Virus record (IMG/VR): IMGVR_UViG_3300030433_002667
Span: 470 to 64,469 of that record
Direction: 5' to 3' (one strand)
Length of the DNA: 64,000 nt
DNA from: a virus
Below the pieces are notes generated by a model. That model saw nothing but the letters and a program-made list of their open reading frames with translations, was not told the origin of the DNA and ran no database searches. The translations under genes and the position numbers were made by a program. This document shows, in pieces, positions 55,682 to 64,000 of this stretch; position 1 is the first letter of the stretch; the number at the start of each line of letters is the position of its first letter.

Positions 55682-57058
55682 TTAATTCCAAACACTCCCA
55701 GCGAGACGATGTACGTCATCCCAGTTCATGTTAGCGAGTTCCTCTGTTGAAGGAATCTCAATGGTGGAAGCGTCGTGTGCTTTGCGAATCTCGCTGCTTG
55801 ATGCAGGAGTTGCGTTAGCAATGTTGTCAATGCGCTCACTGAGGTCAGAGAGTGCTTTCTCAATGTTAGATAGAGGTTCACGAGCGTCGAATGCGGAAGC
55901 AGCACGTGCTTCGCTCTCTGCGCTCAATTCCTTCTGTAGGCGGTCTGCGAACACATCGTTGAGGTTAGTCTTGAACTGCTGCTCTAAGGCTGCAGCCTTG
56001 TAGACCTCATAAGCAGCCTCGATATCTGATGCCGAGACTTCGTCTGGGTGCAGGTATCCCTTTGCTACTTTACCGCTGTTCAATTTACCGACTGCGCCTG
56101 TGGACGGGGAACCGCCTTCAGTTGCTCGGCCCTTGACTTGACCACTGATTGCAGATTCATCAATCTGTTCAGGTGTGCTTCCAAGGTTCGCTTTATTCAA
56201 ATCATCAAAGTGAGCACGTGCGCCAGTGATGTCCACACCTTGAGATTTCAAAGTGTTCTCCATCCAGTTCAGGTATTCACTACTGATGACATCACTATAT
56301 TCTGTGTCATTCTTCTTCATTTCAGGTTCCTCCTCAGGTTTATCTTCTGGGCAGTCTTCATCCTCTTCCTTATCGTCCATCACAGGAAGTTCTTTCTCAA
56401 CTGGAGGCTCTTCTGCAGCCTTTTCCATTGCGTCCATTCTTCCATTCAAGCGGTCCAGAACAGTGGATAGTTCTGCCAATGCATCTGTTTCGTTTGTCAT
56501 ATTTGTGTCCTCCTTCAAGATTCTGAAGGTTGCTTCAGGGTTGATACCCTTTTCGCAGATAGTAACCTCATGCAACTCCAGTTTGGAAATCTCGGTATAA
56601 TCACCGTGCTGAGCATCACTCTTACGCATGCGCTTGAATGCTTGCCCTCCAATACTGAAGCCACGGAGGGCTCCTTTGCGAATTTCATTGGCCACTTCAC
56701 GGGCCTTTTCGATGTCATCCCTTAGTTGGATAACAACGAACATGCCAGCGTCATCGACGCCGGATTTCCATACACGACCATCAGAGTCAGTGTACGAAGG
56801 AATAACACTACCAACCTGAATGTTGGAGTGTGCGAGTTGTACGTTGCGGAATCCTTCAGCCTTCATGAAGTCGCCGAATGCATCCTTTAGTGCTGCACGT
56901 GTAATGAGGTCGCCTTGTTTGTCTACCATCTCTACAGATGCGTATCCTGCGATAACAAGGTCATTATCTGCTTTCACAATACTGATGCTTCCGCCGTGAT
57001 TGACGGGGGAAGTTCGTAGTGAGGCAGCAGAAGCCATTGCTCTATAGACGACATTCAT
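55682..57058 (-). CDS. Prohead maturation protease (XkdF/HK97-like) fused to C-terminal scaffold
   Basis: VIAGYASVEMVDKQGD, NVQLAH, GFSIGG, EVTICEKGINP, then an acidic coiled-coil scaffold. Start may be ATG 57037. Confidence 0.85.
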   Translation of the reverse strand: MNVVYRAMASAASLRTSPVNHGGSISIVKADNDLVIAGYASVEMVDKQGDLITRAALKDAFGDFMKAEGFRNVQLAHSNIQVGSVIPSYTDSDGRVWKSGVDDAGMFVVIQLRDDIEKAREVANEIRKGALRGFSIGGQAFKRMRKSDAQHGDYTEISKLELHEVTICEKGINPEATFRILKEDTNMTNETDALAELSTVLDRLNGRMDAMEKAAEEPPVEKELPVMDDKEEDEDCPEDKPEEEPEMKKNDTEYSDVISSEYLNWMENTLKSQGVDITGARAHFDDLNKANLGSTPEQIDESAISGQVKGRATEGGSPSTGAVGKLNSGKVAKGYLHPDEVSASDIEAAYEVYKAAALEQQFKTNLNDVFADRLQKELSAESEARAASAFDAREPLSNIEKALSDLSERIDNIANATPASSSEIRKAHDASTIEIPSTEELANMNWDDVHRLAGSVWN

Positions 57059-57060
57059 AC

Positions 57061-57067
57061 TATTTAA
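57061..57067 (-). promoter_or_regulatory. TATA box (TTAAATA) for the protease-capsid transcript
   Basis: Lies 24-30 nt upstream of ATG 57037, consistent with a leaderless archaeal transcript. Confidence 0.5.
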
Positions 57068-60000
57068 TCAAGTATGGATGACAGCCGAGTCTTCTGTGAT
57101 TTCAAGTTCACCCTCTTCGATGGGGATAACCATGTGCTTAGGTGGCTTTGCGTCCTCCGTTCCCGGCTCTATAGTTGAGTCCTCTCCGGGGCGCTTTCGG
57201 TTGTCAAAGTCAGGCATTGTCTTTTCATCGTGGAGATTGGTCGGACCCATGGGAGATTCGTTCGGAGTAGCATAGTCTATACCCAGACCCTTGGCTCCTG
57301 AACTGGATACACCAACAAGTCCAACCCCACTCTTAACCATTCTATCAAGAAGTTCCAAGCCTTTCACTAGAACTTTCCTTTTCTCATTCTTGTCCCACCA
57401 ATCAGTATCTTTGACTCTCTTAGGCTCAATCAAAGGTTCAGCATCGCCTTCTGATTCGTGAACTTCTTCCTTTTCAGCAACATCCAATCCAGCCTTGAGC
57501 ATAGCACCGGCCACTGGTGACCAGTATTGTCTCTGACTCTCAGACAAACGGATGAGATAATGAGAAGAGGCCAGCGGACTATGCACAGTCCAGTTTTGAC
57601 CACGTTGTGTACATTTGTATACAACATCGCCTTGAGGCATCGTGATTCGGATTCCACTCGGTGCTCTATAGACTTCACAAAGCCACTGCTCATCTTCAGA
57701 TTTAGCGAGGATTCCTAAAGTCTCTTGGCTGACCAATCCCTCACCTTCAGCCTCACCTTCTATATCCGAACCGCTGACATTGTAGAGTTTCTGCCCACTG
57801 CTGGTTTCTGATTCGCCAACATTCGTAACATTCACACGCACATGGTCTCCTTCGTTGTATTTCTCAGGACTATCAAATGCAGCACCCATGTCCATGTAAG
57901 TATGTCCTTTCATTTCTACAGCACGAGAGCCAAGTTCTTCTTCCTGAGTAATTGGACCTGTACCTAACCGGTATGTGTAGGGCCCGTTGCCTCTGCGTTC
58001 CAAAACAATCAGAACAACATCACTGCCCGGACTGAGCAGAACCCACTTCGGATGCCTCATTTCACCGACCATGTAAGTAGACTTAGCATCACGTAGTAGT
58101 AGTCGATTGTCCTCTTCCTGTAAATCTTCTATAGTCAGTTCAAGGCCTGCATCATCAGTAAGCCTCGTATCACTGGCACTAGGAACATGGATATTTTCAA
58201 TTCCTTCCATGCCACCTCTCAGAACTTTCATCCTCTCGCTAAGTGGAACGTCATGCACTTCCTTTTCAGAAAACTCAATGACATCGAAAATATAGTATCC
58301 ATCTTCAGTCTTGATAACATCTACATGGAAGTCTTCATCAGAAACCTTCTGGAAATTCTCTTTGTCTTCCTTATTGAGTTTGAATGAAGGGGAAGTTACG
58401 TCCTCACCTTCCTTCTTGACAAAGCCTCGCTCACCTTCAGGTAGGACTGAAACTATCCAATCGCCTGTAAATCCACGAAGGTGCTCAAGGTCATCCAGTT
58501 CAAAGATGCGATGCATCGGTTGCAATAGAGGGATGTCTTTGCCCAATTCCTTCCTAATAATGTCAGGATTGGTCAATGCGGCTAAGTTCATTTCAGATTT
58601 AGCGACACTGGTATTTTCTCTATTCCTCGGATAGGGTTCACCTTCAGTAACTTGGAACTGAGGGCCTTGTCGAGCAAGAGAAAAGAGTCTTTGTGCTTCT
58701 TGTCCATGGAGAATACTCTTCAGTTCTTCAGGGGCAACCGCATCATAAAATCCTTGTAAAGGTTGAACGAGATTCATGTCAAACCCTTCAGGCATGTGGA
58801 AAATCGAAATCGTTCCATCTGGTTCAATGTTATAATCAAAGGTAGGATTTACTTCGACTTGGTCACCTAACTCATGATTGAATCCATCAGAATTGTAAAG
58901 ACTGTGTACAGAATAAGAATTTGGACCAAAGCGGTCCACTGGAACTTTACCTAAGCCTAAATATTCGGCTTCTACTTCACCTACAGTATGTGGCTCAATG
59001 GCCGGGTCACTCATCAAAATAGAATTGAGATTCTGTAAAGTTCGATGAGCATGTGATTGTTTCTGAGCCCTCTTCCCTTGTTTCTTACCAGCCCTTGAAG
59101 GAGTGATGGAGATTTCTTCTTGCCTTGGGTCAGCATTATGAGCAGTATGCCAATGCAGTCCCAAATCTTGCATTTGTTCTCCTACACCCACTTTGCCAGT
59201 TCTACCTCGACCACCAAGCCTTGGGTCATATGCTGATAACTCTGTATTGGCAGCACGTGCTGCATTAAGGAGAGATTCATTTCTATCTGGCTTATTGGTC
59301 GCTAAATCCAAAGCCTGCTGACGAAGGTCTCCTGAAAACTCACCATAGTGCTCTCCTTCAGAAAATGCCTGTGCTAAAGTCATGATTGGGAACTTAACAG
59401 AGGCATCCTGTCTTTCGATTGCCATTTGCTTTACTCTGTCTAACAAAGCATCAATTGTCATCTGAACATGGGGCTCTGAATAATCAAGTCCCAGCATATC
59501 TGCAACATCTTCCGCAGAATCTTGAATACCGATAGAATTGGGTGATTGGTGGACAAGTTGTTTCATCTGACTTGCTCTATCTCCACTGGCCATTTCTCTA
59601 ACTTGACTATGTCTTCCTACACCTTTTGTATGTATACCATGAGTTTCGTGCGGTGCAATATTCAGGAAATCGTTGGCCATGCGAGCCAGTTGCCGAATAT
59701 TAGCATCAATTACTTCTGGGGGAAGACTAGGGTCAAATTGACCGGGGAACTGTGATTCAACTACATTTTTCATCATAGGTCCGGCTTGAGTAATGGCAGC
59801 AGCATCCGCTGCCAATTTATCATTTACAGTATCATCTTGTATGTTTCTATGTATAATCTGGGAACCTGCTCCTGCACGACGAGTTAAGTCATCATGTTCA
59901 AGTTCAGCCAACTGGTCTTCAAGTTCCTTGGCCCAGTGCAAGAGATGTTCTGCATGCTTTTCATTTTCTGGAGATTCGGCCAAACCTTCAAACTGCATTT

Positions 60001-62563
60001 GTATATCTAGTAATTCATTCATGAGTTCTTGATACACTCCTTCATCCGGCCTCTCTTCTTCACGTTCATGCTTGAGATTATGAATTTGGTCTGCTTCCGG
60101 TACAGTTAGATTACCTTGGGCATCTGTATGGTTGATATCTTGAATACCACTACCCGGAGATAAAACAGGACGAGCAAAATGCAATTTGCTTCCAATATTA
60201 TGGAAGTGATGCGCCATTTTTCTTCGCCCTCTTTCCCAATTAAACACTCCTCCTTTACCCTTGAATGGATTATCCACAGGCAATGTACCTGCAGTATATC
60301 CTTCTAAACTGTACAAATGATGCTGTGCGGCTTTCTCATCTTCTGCGAAGTTATCATAGTGACCCTTGTTGGCCTCATTATGAAAAGGAGCATGCACGCT
60401 GGAACTGTGCCTTTCTGTAGTGCGCCTTGAACCTCTTCCCGAATGCCACACATTATGTGGGTGCAAATTAGATTCCGCATCATGGATAGCCCCTCTGTCA
60501 ACATCAGTATACACTCTATCGTATACTTTCCCTCCCCTTCCTCTGACCTTCTTGGCGACAGTGGTCAATTCGTGCTCTGGTTGACCAAATGGAGCAAGCA
60601 TAGATTGCATACCGCTGTTCAATGTTTCACCAGTAGAATCTCTTTGGTGCCTAAGAGCAATTGTATTGGTTAAAGGATTCTTTGCAAAGAACAGGCTATG
60701 CTCATTACCAAAATCATCAGTCGTAATACGCTGAGCCGCCTCTCTCTGTGCCTTCTCTCGCTCTTCCTTCATCCTCTTTTCTTCTGGAGTTCTGGCCACT
60801 TGTTCAAAGGCTCGGGCATAAGGGTCAGGTTCATCTTCCGGTATTTGCGTTTCCATACCGGTAAGTAATTGATTTTCTCCAAACAGCAAACTGTGTGCAT
60901 GAAGAAGGTCAAACAAAGCATTAGGTGGCTTACCCATACCACCTCTACCAAGGAAAGGTCTCTGCCAATGCGTAGACAATGTGTCATGTTCAATGTTACC
61001 ATCCTTTCCTGTGGTCAACTCTGCGGGCCAGTGGTCTGGGTCAAGGTAAGTCCCATAATGCCAATGACCAGCCTCCCTCGCCAACCTGCCCGCATTTCTC
61101 TGCTTGCCCAAAATCGATAACTTATCGAAAATCTTCTTCACTTCATCCATCGTAAATGGATTTTGACTTGCGTCCCACTCTTCCCCATAGAAACCATGTT
61201 CTCCGTCTGCATAAAATTCTCCAGTCTTAGGGTCTATGTTCAACAAAGCCATGAGTGCATTCCTACGAATACCATTGACCTTAGAATCCTTACGGTGGAA
61301 TCCAATTTTACCATCTTGAATATATGGTAGGCCTTCAATAGGCTCTCCCCTCATGGATTCCATAAAGCGGATAGCACGGTCATATCCTCCGGGAACGGCA
61401 TCAAAGGCATTTAGATTCATATACATACTAGGAGTTTCAGTTTCACTAATCGGCTTAGGTTTGAACTTAATGGGTTCACCGGGCATATGTGGAGCACGCA
61501 CCCAGTGATTATACATGCCTGAAAATCGCTGTTGGAAATTACGCTTCACACGAGGAACTGAAATAGTCCCATCTCCAATCGTCCCATGATATTCTTTATT
61601 CCCAGCACCATGTTTACGCAGATGTTCGTATACAGCGTGTCGTTGGTCAGCGTCTAACCATTCCAACCCAAGCATATAATCAAGCATACCTAGTCCCTTA
61701 GGAATACCATTTTCATTAACTTCAGGCGACATCCAGTTATCCATAGCATCATCCATGTGCATTTGGCGCAACACGTGGTCTATCTCATCACGACTCTTCC
61801 CTTCAAGTTGTGACTCAATGTTACGAACAAGCACATCGTTGCCATTTTTCCACCGAAGGTAGTTCTGTTCGTATAGGTCATGATTAGTCATGTCCAATTG
61901 ACCATAGTGGTTGGGTCTTCTCAGGAAGTGATATTCTGGACGGTCAAGGCTACCGTAATGGTCTTCCCAAGCCATTTCCTTATTGCCGTCAATTTGACTT
62001 CTTGACTGGGCTTCCGGTGATTCTGCCAAATAGAAATCACGCAACAGCCTCAATTTTTCTGGAGCATGGCCAGTCTGTGCGTTCCGATAAAGCGGATTAA
62101 ATCTATGGTCGAAATAATTGTGGTCTTTGTAAGGGTCACTGCGAGCATCACCTTGTGCCATATTGACCTGTCTTCCAACAAGAGATTGGTCAAACCTTGG
62201 CGGAATGACTCTTTCGGAATCATATGCTCCGCCTAGTAATTCTTGCCCAGAATAATGGTCATAAGCGGCTGTTACTCCCCCTCCTTCTGAATCAGAAGCG
62301 GCTCCAGCCCCAGCACCACCTTCTGTCGAAAAATCCTCTGTCCCAGAATAATCTTGGAATTGCCAGTCTTCTTCTTTCAAGACAGAGTAGAACATCTTGA
62401 TGAGTGATTCGTCATCTACACTAAGAGTATAGCCTCTGCGCTCAGCATTAACTGCTGACAAATAGAAATCTGCCCCAGCATCAGCCTTACCGATACCATC
62501 GACTAAGGCATATAGGAATGTCTTACGGTTTCGGTCAAGAGTGTCTAATGGACCTTCTCTCAT
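57068..62563 (-). CDS. 1831-aa head-module protein with a degenerate ATP-dependent ligase domain near the C-terminus
   Basis: At about 58600-57700: WIVSVLPEGER (motif I without Lys), YIFDVI...VPLSERM (IIIa), LLLRDAKSTY..GEMRHPKWVLL (IV/V), then an OB-like fold. Immediately upstream of the protease gene. Confidence 0.65.
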   Translation of the reverse strand: MREGPLDTLDRNRKTFLYALVDGIGKADAGADFYLSAVNAERRGYTLSVDDESLIKMFYSVLKEEDWQFQDYSGTEDFSTEGGAGAGAASDSEGGGVTAAYDHYSGQELLGGAYDSERVIPPRFDQSLVGRQVNMAQGDARSDPYKDHNYFDHRFNPLYRNAQTGHAPEKLRLLRDFYLAESPEAQSRSQIDGNKEMAWEDHYGSLDRPEYHFLRRPNHYGQLDMTNHDLYEQNYLRWKNGNDVLVRNIESQLEGKSRDEIDHVLRQMHMDDAMDNWMSPEVNENGIPKGLGMLDYMLGLEWLDADQRHAVYEHLRKHGAGNKEYHGTIGDGTISVPRVKRNFQQRFSGMYNHWVRAPHMPGEPIKFKPKPISETETPSMYMNLNAFDAVPGGYDRAIRFMESMRGEPIEGLPYIQDGKIGFHRKDSKVNGIRRNALMALLNIDPKTGEFYADGEHGFYGEEWDASQNPFTMDEVKKIFDKLSILGKQRNAGRLAREAGHWHYGTYLDPDHWPAELTTGKDGNIEHDTLSTHWQRPFLGRGGMGKPPNALFDLLHAHSLLFGENQLLTGMETQIPEDEPDPYARAFEQVARTPEEKRMKEEREKAQREAAQRITTDDFGNEHSLFFAKNPLTNTIALRHQRDSTGETLNSGMQSMLAPFGQPEHELTTVAKKVRGRGGKVYDRVYTDVDRGAIHDAESNLHPHNVWHSGRGSRRTTERHSSSVHAPFHNEANKGHYDNFAEDEKAAQHHLYSLEGYTAGTLPVDNPFKGKGGVFNWERGRRKMAHHFHNIGSKLHFARPVLSPGSGIQDINHTDAQGNLTVPEADQIHNLKHEREEERPDEGVYQELMNELLDIQMQFEGLAESPENEKHAEHLLHWAKELEDQLAELEHDDLTRRAGAGSQIIHRNIQDDTVNDKLAADAAAITQAGPMMKNVVESQFPGQFDPSLPPEVIDANIRQLARMANDFLNIAPHETHGIHTKGVGRHSQVREMASGDRASQMKQLVHQSPNSIGIQDSAEDVADMLGLDYSEPHVQMTIDALLDRVKQMAIERQDASVKFPIMTLAQAFSEGEHYGEFSGDLRQQALDLATNKPDRNESLLNAARAANTELSAYDPRLGGRGRTGKVGVGEQMQDLGLHWHTAHNADPRQEEISITPSRAGKKQGKRAQKQSHAHRTLQNLNSILMSDPAIEPHTVGEVEAEYLGLGKVPVDRFGPNSYSVHSLYNSDGFNHELGDQVEVNPTFDYNIEPDGTISIFHMPEGFDMNLVQPLQGFYDAVAPEELKSILHGQEAQRLFSLARQGPQFQVTEGEPYPRNRENTSVAKSEMNLAALTNPDIIRKELGKDIPLLQPMHRIFELDDLEHLRGFTGDWIVSVLPEGERGFVKKEGEDVTSPSFKLNKEDKENFQKVSDEDFHVDVIKTEDGYYIFDVIEFSEKEVHDVPLSERMKVLRGGMEGIENIHVPSASDTRLTDDAGLELTIEDLQEEDNRLLLRDAKSTYMVGEMRHPKWVLLSPGSDVVLIVLERRGNGPYTYRLGTGPITQEEELGSRAVEMKGHTYMDMGAAFDSPEKYNEGDHVRVNVTNVGESETSSGQKLYNVSGSDIEGEAEGEGLVSQETLGILAKSEDEQWLCEVYRAPSGIRITMPQGDVVYKCTQRGQNWTVHSPLASSHYLIRLSESQRQYWSPVAGAMLKAGLDVAEKEEVHESEGDAEPLIEPKRVKDTDWWDKNEKRKVLVKGLELLDRMVKSGVGLVGVSSSGAKGLGIDYATPNESPMGPTNLHDEKTMPDFDNRKRPGEDSTIEPGTEDAKPPKHMVIPIEEGELEITEDSAVIHT

Positions 62564-62580
62564 CCTTCACCACCCGCCGT

Positions 62581-63012
62581 TCACTCCAGACGGCGGGCAA
62601 GGCTCTCTATAGACTTCTTGAGGTCTTGAATAGCCATTCGCTCCTCAGAGCCACCGAGCGATTTCATGACAGGGCCAGAGCCACCAGCGTCATTAAGGTG
62701 AGATTCCAAAGTGCTCATTGCAGTCGGATAGTGTGGGTTCTTGTCTAAGACGTTGCTCTTCTCAGAAATCGCACCCTTGTTCTTTACATCCTCTACTTCA
62801 GGGACTACGTTGTTGGTCCAATAGTGTGCTGCTTGAACATTGTCTTTGCCACCAGATTGAGTCATAAATCGTTCTTGTCCAACCTTTGAGCCTTCTTTCT
62901 GTGTATAGTCAGGAACGGCTTTAGCAAGACGCTCTTCAAGTTCATTTGCCTCTTTGATAAGGCGTTCTACTTCTTCACTACGGGGCTCAAAACGTGGCTT
63001 CATCCAATTCAC
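62581..63012 (-). CDS. Head-module protein with terminal coiled coils
   Basis: Heptad-like ends; internal LAK-A and VMK-S sites. Confidence 0.55.
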   Translation of the reverse strand: MNWMKPRFEPRSEEVERLIKEANELEERLAKAVPDYTQKEGSKVGQERFMTQSGGKDNVQAAHYWTNNVVPEVEDVKNKGAISEKSNVLDKNPHYPTAMSTLESHLNDAGGSGPVMKSLGGSEERMAIQDLKKSIESLARRLE

Positions 63013-63380
63013 TCCATACCAGTCTGGTTGCCGATAGCACCTACGCTCTTGGCTTGGTCAGCCAATGCGTGGATGTCAGACCAATCCATTGTGTGGAAAT
63101 CGGCATTGGTCTGAGGGACACGAATCTCTTGGCCATCTTCTCCTTTGAGAAGGAAGTCATCTCCTTCTCCACGGAAAACATCTGGCAAGATATCTTCAGG
63201 GGCTTGGCTTCTTGCAGAAACAAAACCTGCCTTGCGCAATAAAGCCGCAGGATTATCCATCATGCGCTTCAATTGTTCATTCTCGGCTTTCAGCAATTGG
63301 AGATTACTATCCATATTCTCCATTTTGCTAATCAAAGCACCCATAAGGCGCTCAGCGACATTTTCCCTCTCATCGCTCAT
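63009..63380 (-). CDS. Accessory scaffold-like protein
   Basis: N-terminal coiled coil; C-terminal IRVP..NADFHTMDWSDIHALA matches the scaffold end IEIP.TEELANMNWDDVHRLA; GAGGTGA RBS. Confidence 0.55.
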   Translation of the reverse strand: MSDERENVAERLMGALISKMENMDSNLQLLKAENEQLKRMMDNPAALLRKAGFVSARSQAPEDILPDVFRGEGDDFLLKGEDGQEIRVPQTNADFHTMDWSDIHALADQAKSVGAIGNQTGME

Positions 63381-63389
63381 TCAATCACC

Positions 63390-63725
63390 TCAAAGTGTTC
63401 GGTTGCTCTGTGGTCGCATGATGCTGCCGATACGATTTGTACGAATGGTACCCGGAAGGACATCAGTTGAAGCAGGGTGAATCTTCTCAACCTGATTGAA
63501 CTTCATAACCGGGACACCACCAGCAAATCGGTCGTTAACTCCAGAAATCGCTTCACTCTTCATAACTGCACTCTCGACATCAGTCGAAAGATAGTCCGCA
63601 TACTTGATAATTTCATTGATGTGGTTGCGAGCAGCAAAGCCATCGTTATCTTCCAAAGCCTTGTAAAATGCATCAACATGTGTGCGCATCTTCCTAGCCA
63701 TAGGGTCCAATTTCTTCAGGTCCAT
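63390..63725 (-). CDS. Head-module hypothetical protein
   Basis: Likely start ATG 63725 (MDLKKLDP), with a TATA-like box upstream; helical N-half, VMK-S site. Confidence 0.6.
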   Translation of the reverse strand: MDLKKLDPMARKMRTHVDAFYKALEDNDGFAARNHINEIIKYADYLSTDVESAVMKSEAISGVNDRFAGGVPVMKFNQVEKIHPASTDVLPGTIRTNRIGSIMRPQSNRTL

Positions 63726-63747
63726 GCAAAGCCCACCACATACCAAG

Positions 63748-63756
63748 ACTTTAACC
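63748..63756 (-). promoter_or_regulatory. TATA-like box GGTTAAAGT
   Basis: Lies 23-31 nt upstream of ATG 63725. Confidence 0.4.
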
Positions 63757-63760
63757 TTCC

Positions 63761-64000
63761 TCAAGCACCCTTGAACTGCCTCGCATCTAAAATGCCTTGA
63801 GAAGCCTGCTGAACAGGGCCCGGTGGCATGCCTCTTTGTTGAACGCTGGAGACCGGTGAGCCCGCTCCCATCGATGTTCTATTCTGAGGGCTCGCTGGGC
63901 CTCTTGGAGTGCGGATTCCCATCCCCTCTCCACCCGGCTGAGGCATGCCCATCTGAGCCTGCCTTGCCATTTGGGCTGCACCCTGTGGACTAATGTTGCG
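63761..64000 (-). CDS. C-terminal low-complexity tail of an upstream gene, probably the portal (5'-truncated)
   Basis: Frame is open to the window edge (RNISPQGAAQMARQ...). Q/G/P/M-rich tail; position at the front of the head module. Confidence 0.4.
   Translation of the reverse strand, partial: RNISPQGAAQMARQAQMGMPQPGGEGMGIRTPRGPASPQNRTSMGAGSPVSSVQQRGMPPGPVQQASQGILDARQFKGA

Larger units (their letters stand above)
1..64000. mobile_element. Fragment of a tailed archaeal virus genome, probably a magrovirus (Marine Group II Poseidoniales virus)
   Basis: HK97-type head and tail module plus an archaeal-type replisome (PolB, PCNA-like clamp, RFC, AEP primase, ERCC4) and a group II chaperonin. Archaeal SD motifs (GAGGTGA before the genes starting at 22830, 44097, 50055, 63380) and TATA boxes are present. 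No cellular housekeeping genes or integrase. The host assignment is inferred from the known magrovirus gene repertoire. Confidence 0.85.

Noticed and set aside
1-64000. Stop-codon reassignment
   Set aside because: Genes are long, tightly packed and complete under the standard code, ending in all three stop codons.

Overview
The whole window appears to be an internal 64-kb piece of a tailed archaeal virus genome (Caudoviricetes), most likely a magrovirus infecting Marine Group II Poseidoniales. This assignment rests on gene content and on archaeal TATA boxes and GAGGTGA/GGAGTGA Shine-Dalgarno motifs; no database search was run. There are two convergent blocks. The + strand block (1-21.4 kb) is replication and recombination: SNF2/HARP-like helicase, DUF932 protein, ligase-fold protein, RFC, putative SSB, Sak4-like ATPase, PCNA-like clamp, PolB, Cas4-like nuclease, primase, ERCC4 nuclease, MCM-like ATPase, DEDD exonuclease and a group II chaperonin. 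The - strand block (21.4-64 kb) is morphogenesis: probable portal end, an 1831-aa protein, prohead protease/scaffold, HK97-type capsid, adaptor, terminator, tail tube, G/GT chaperones, a very short tape-measure-like protein, two Dit-like paralogs, a 5566-aa protein, hub and fibre proteins. Main observations: (1) two unrelated late-strand proteins share an N-terminal leader (AW-M-[LI]-LK) that ends in a Lys site like those in the head proteins; one is a protein-kinase-fold enzyme and the other a possible ADP-ribosyltransferase, suggesting a leader-tagged, capsid-packaged effector system; (2) two ATP-dependent ligase-fold proteins both lack the adenylated lysine; (3) an intact -1 frameshift signal links the tail chaperones, followed by a tape-measure-like gene of only 159 codons; (4) a second protein carries the scaffold's C-terminal motif; (5) a structured intergenic element precedes the clamp gene. 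No tRNA, rRNA, CRISPR array, intein or integrase was seen. Functional calls come from motif reading by eye.
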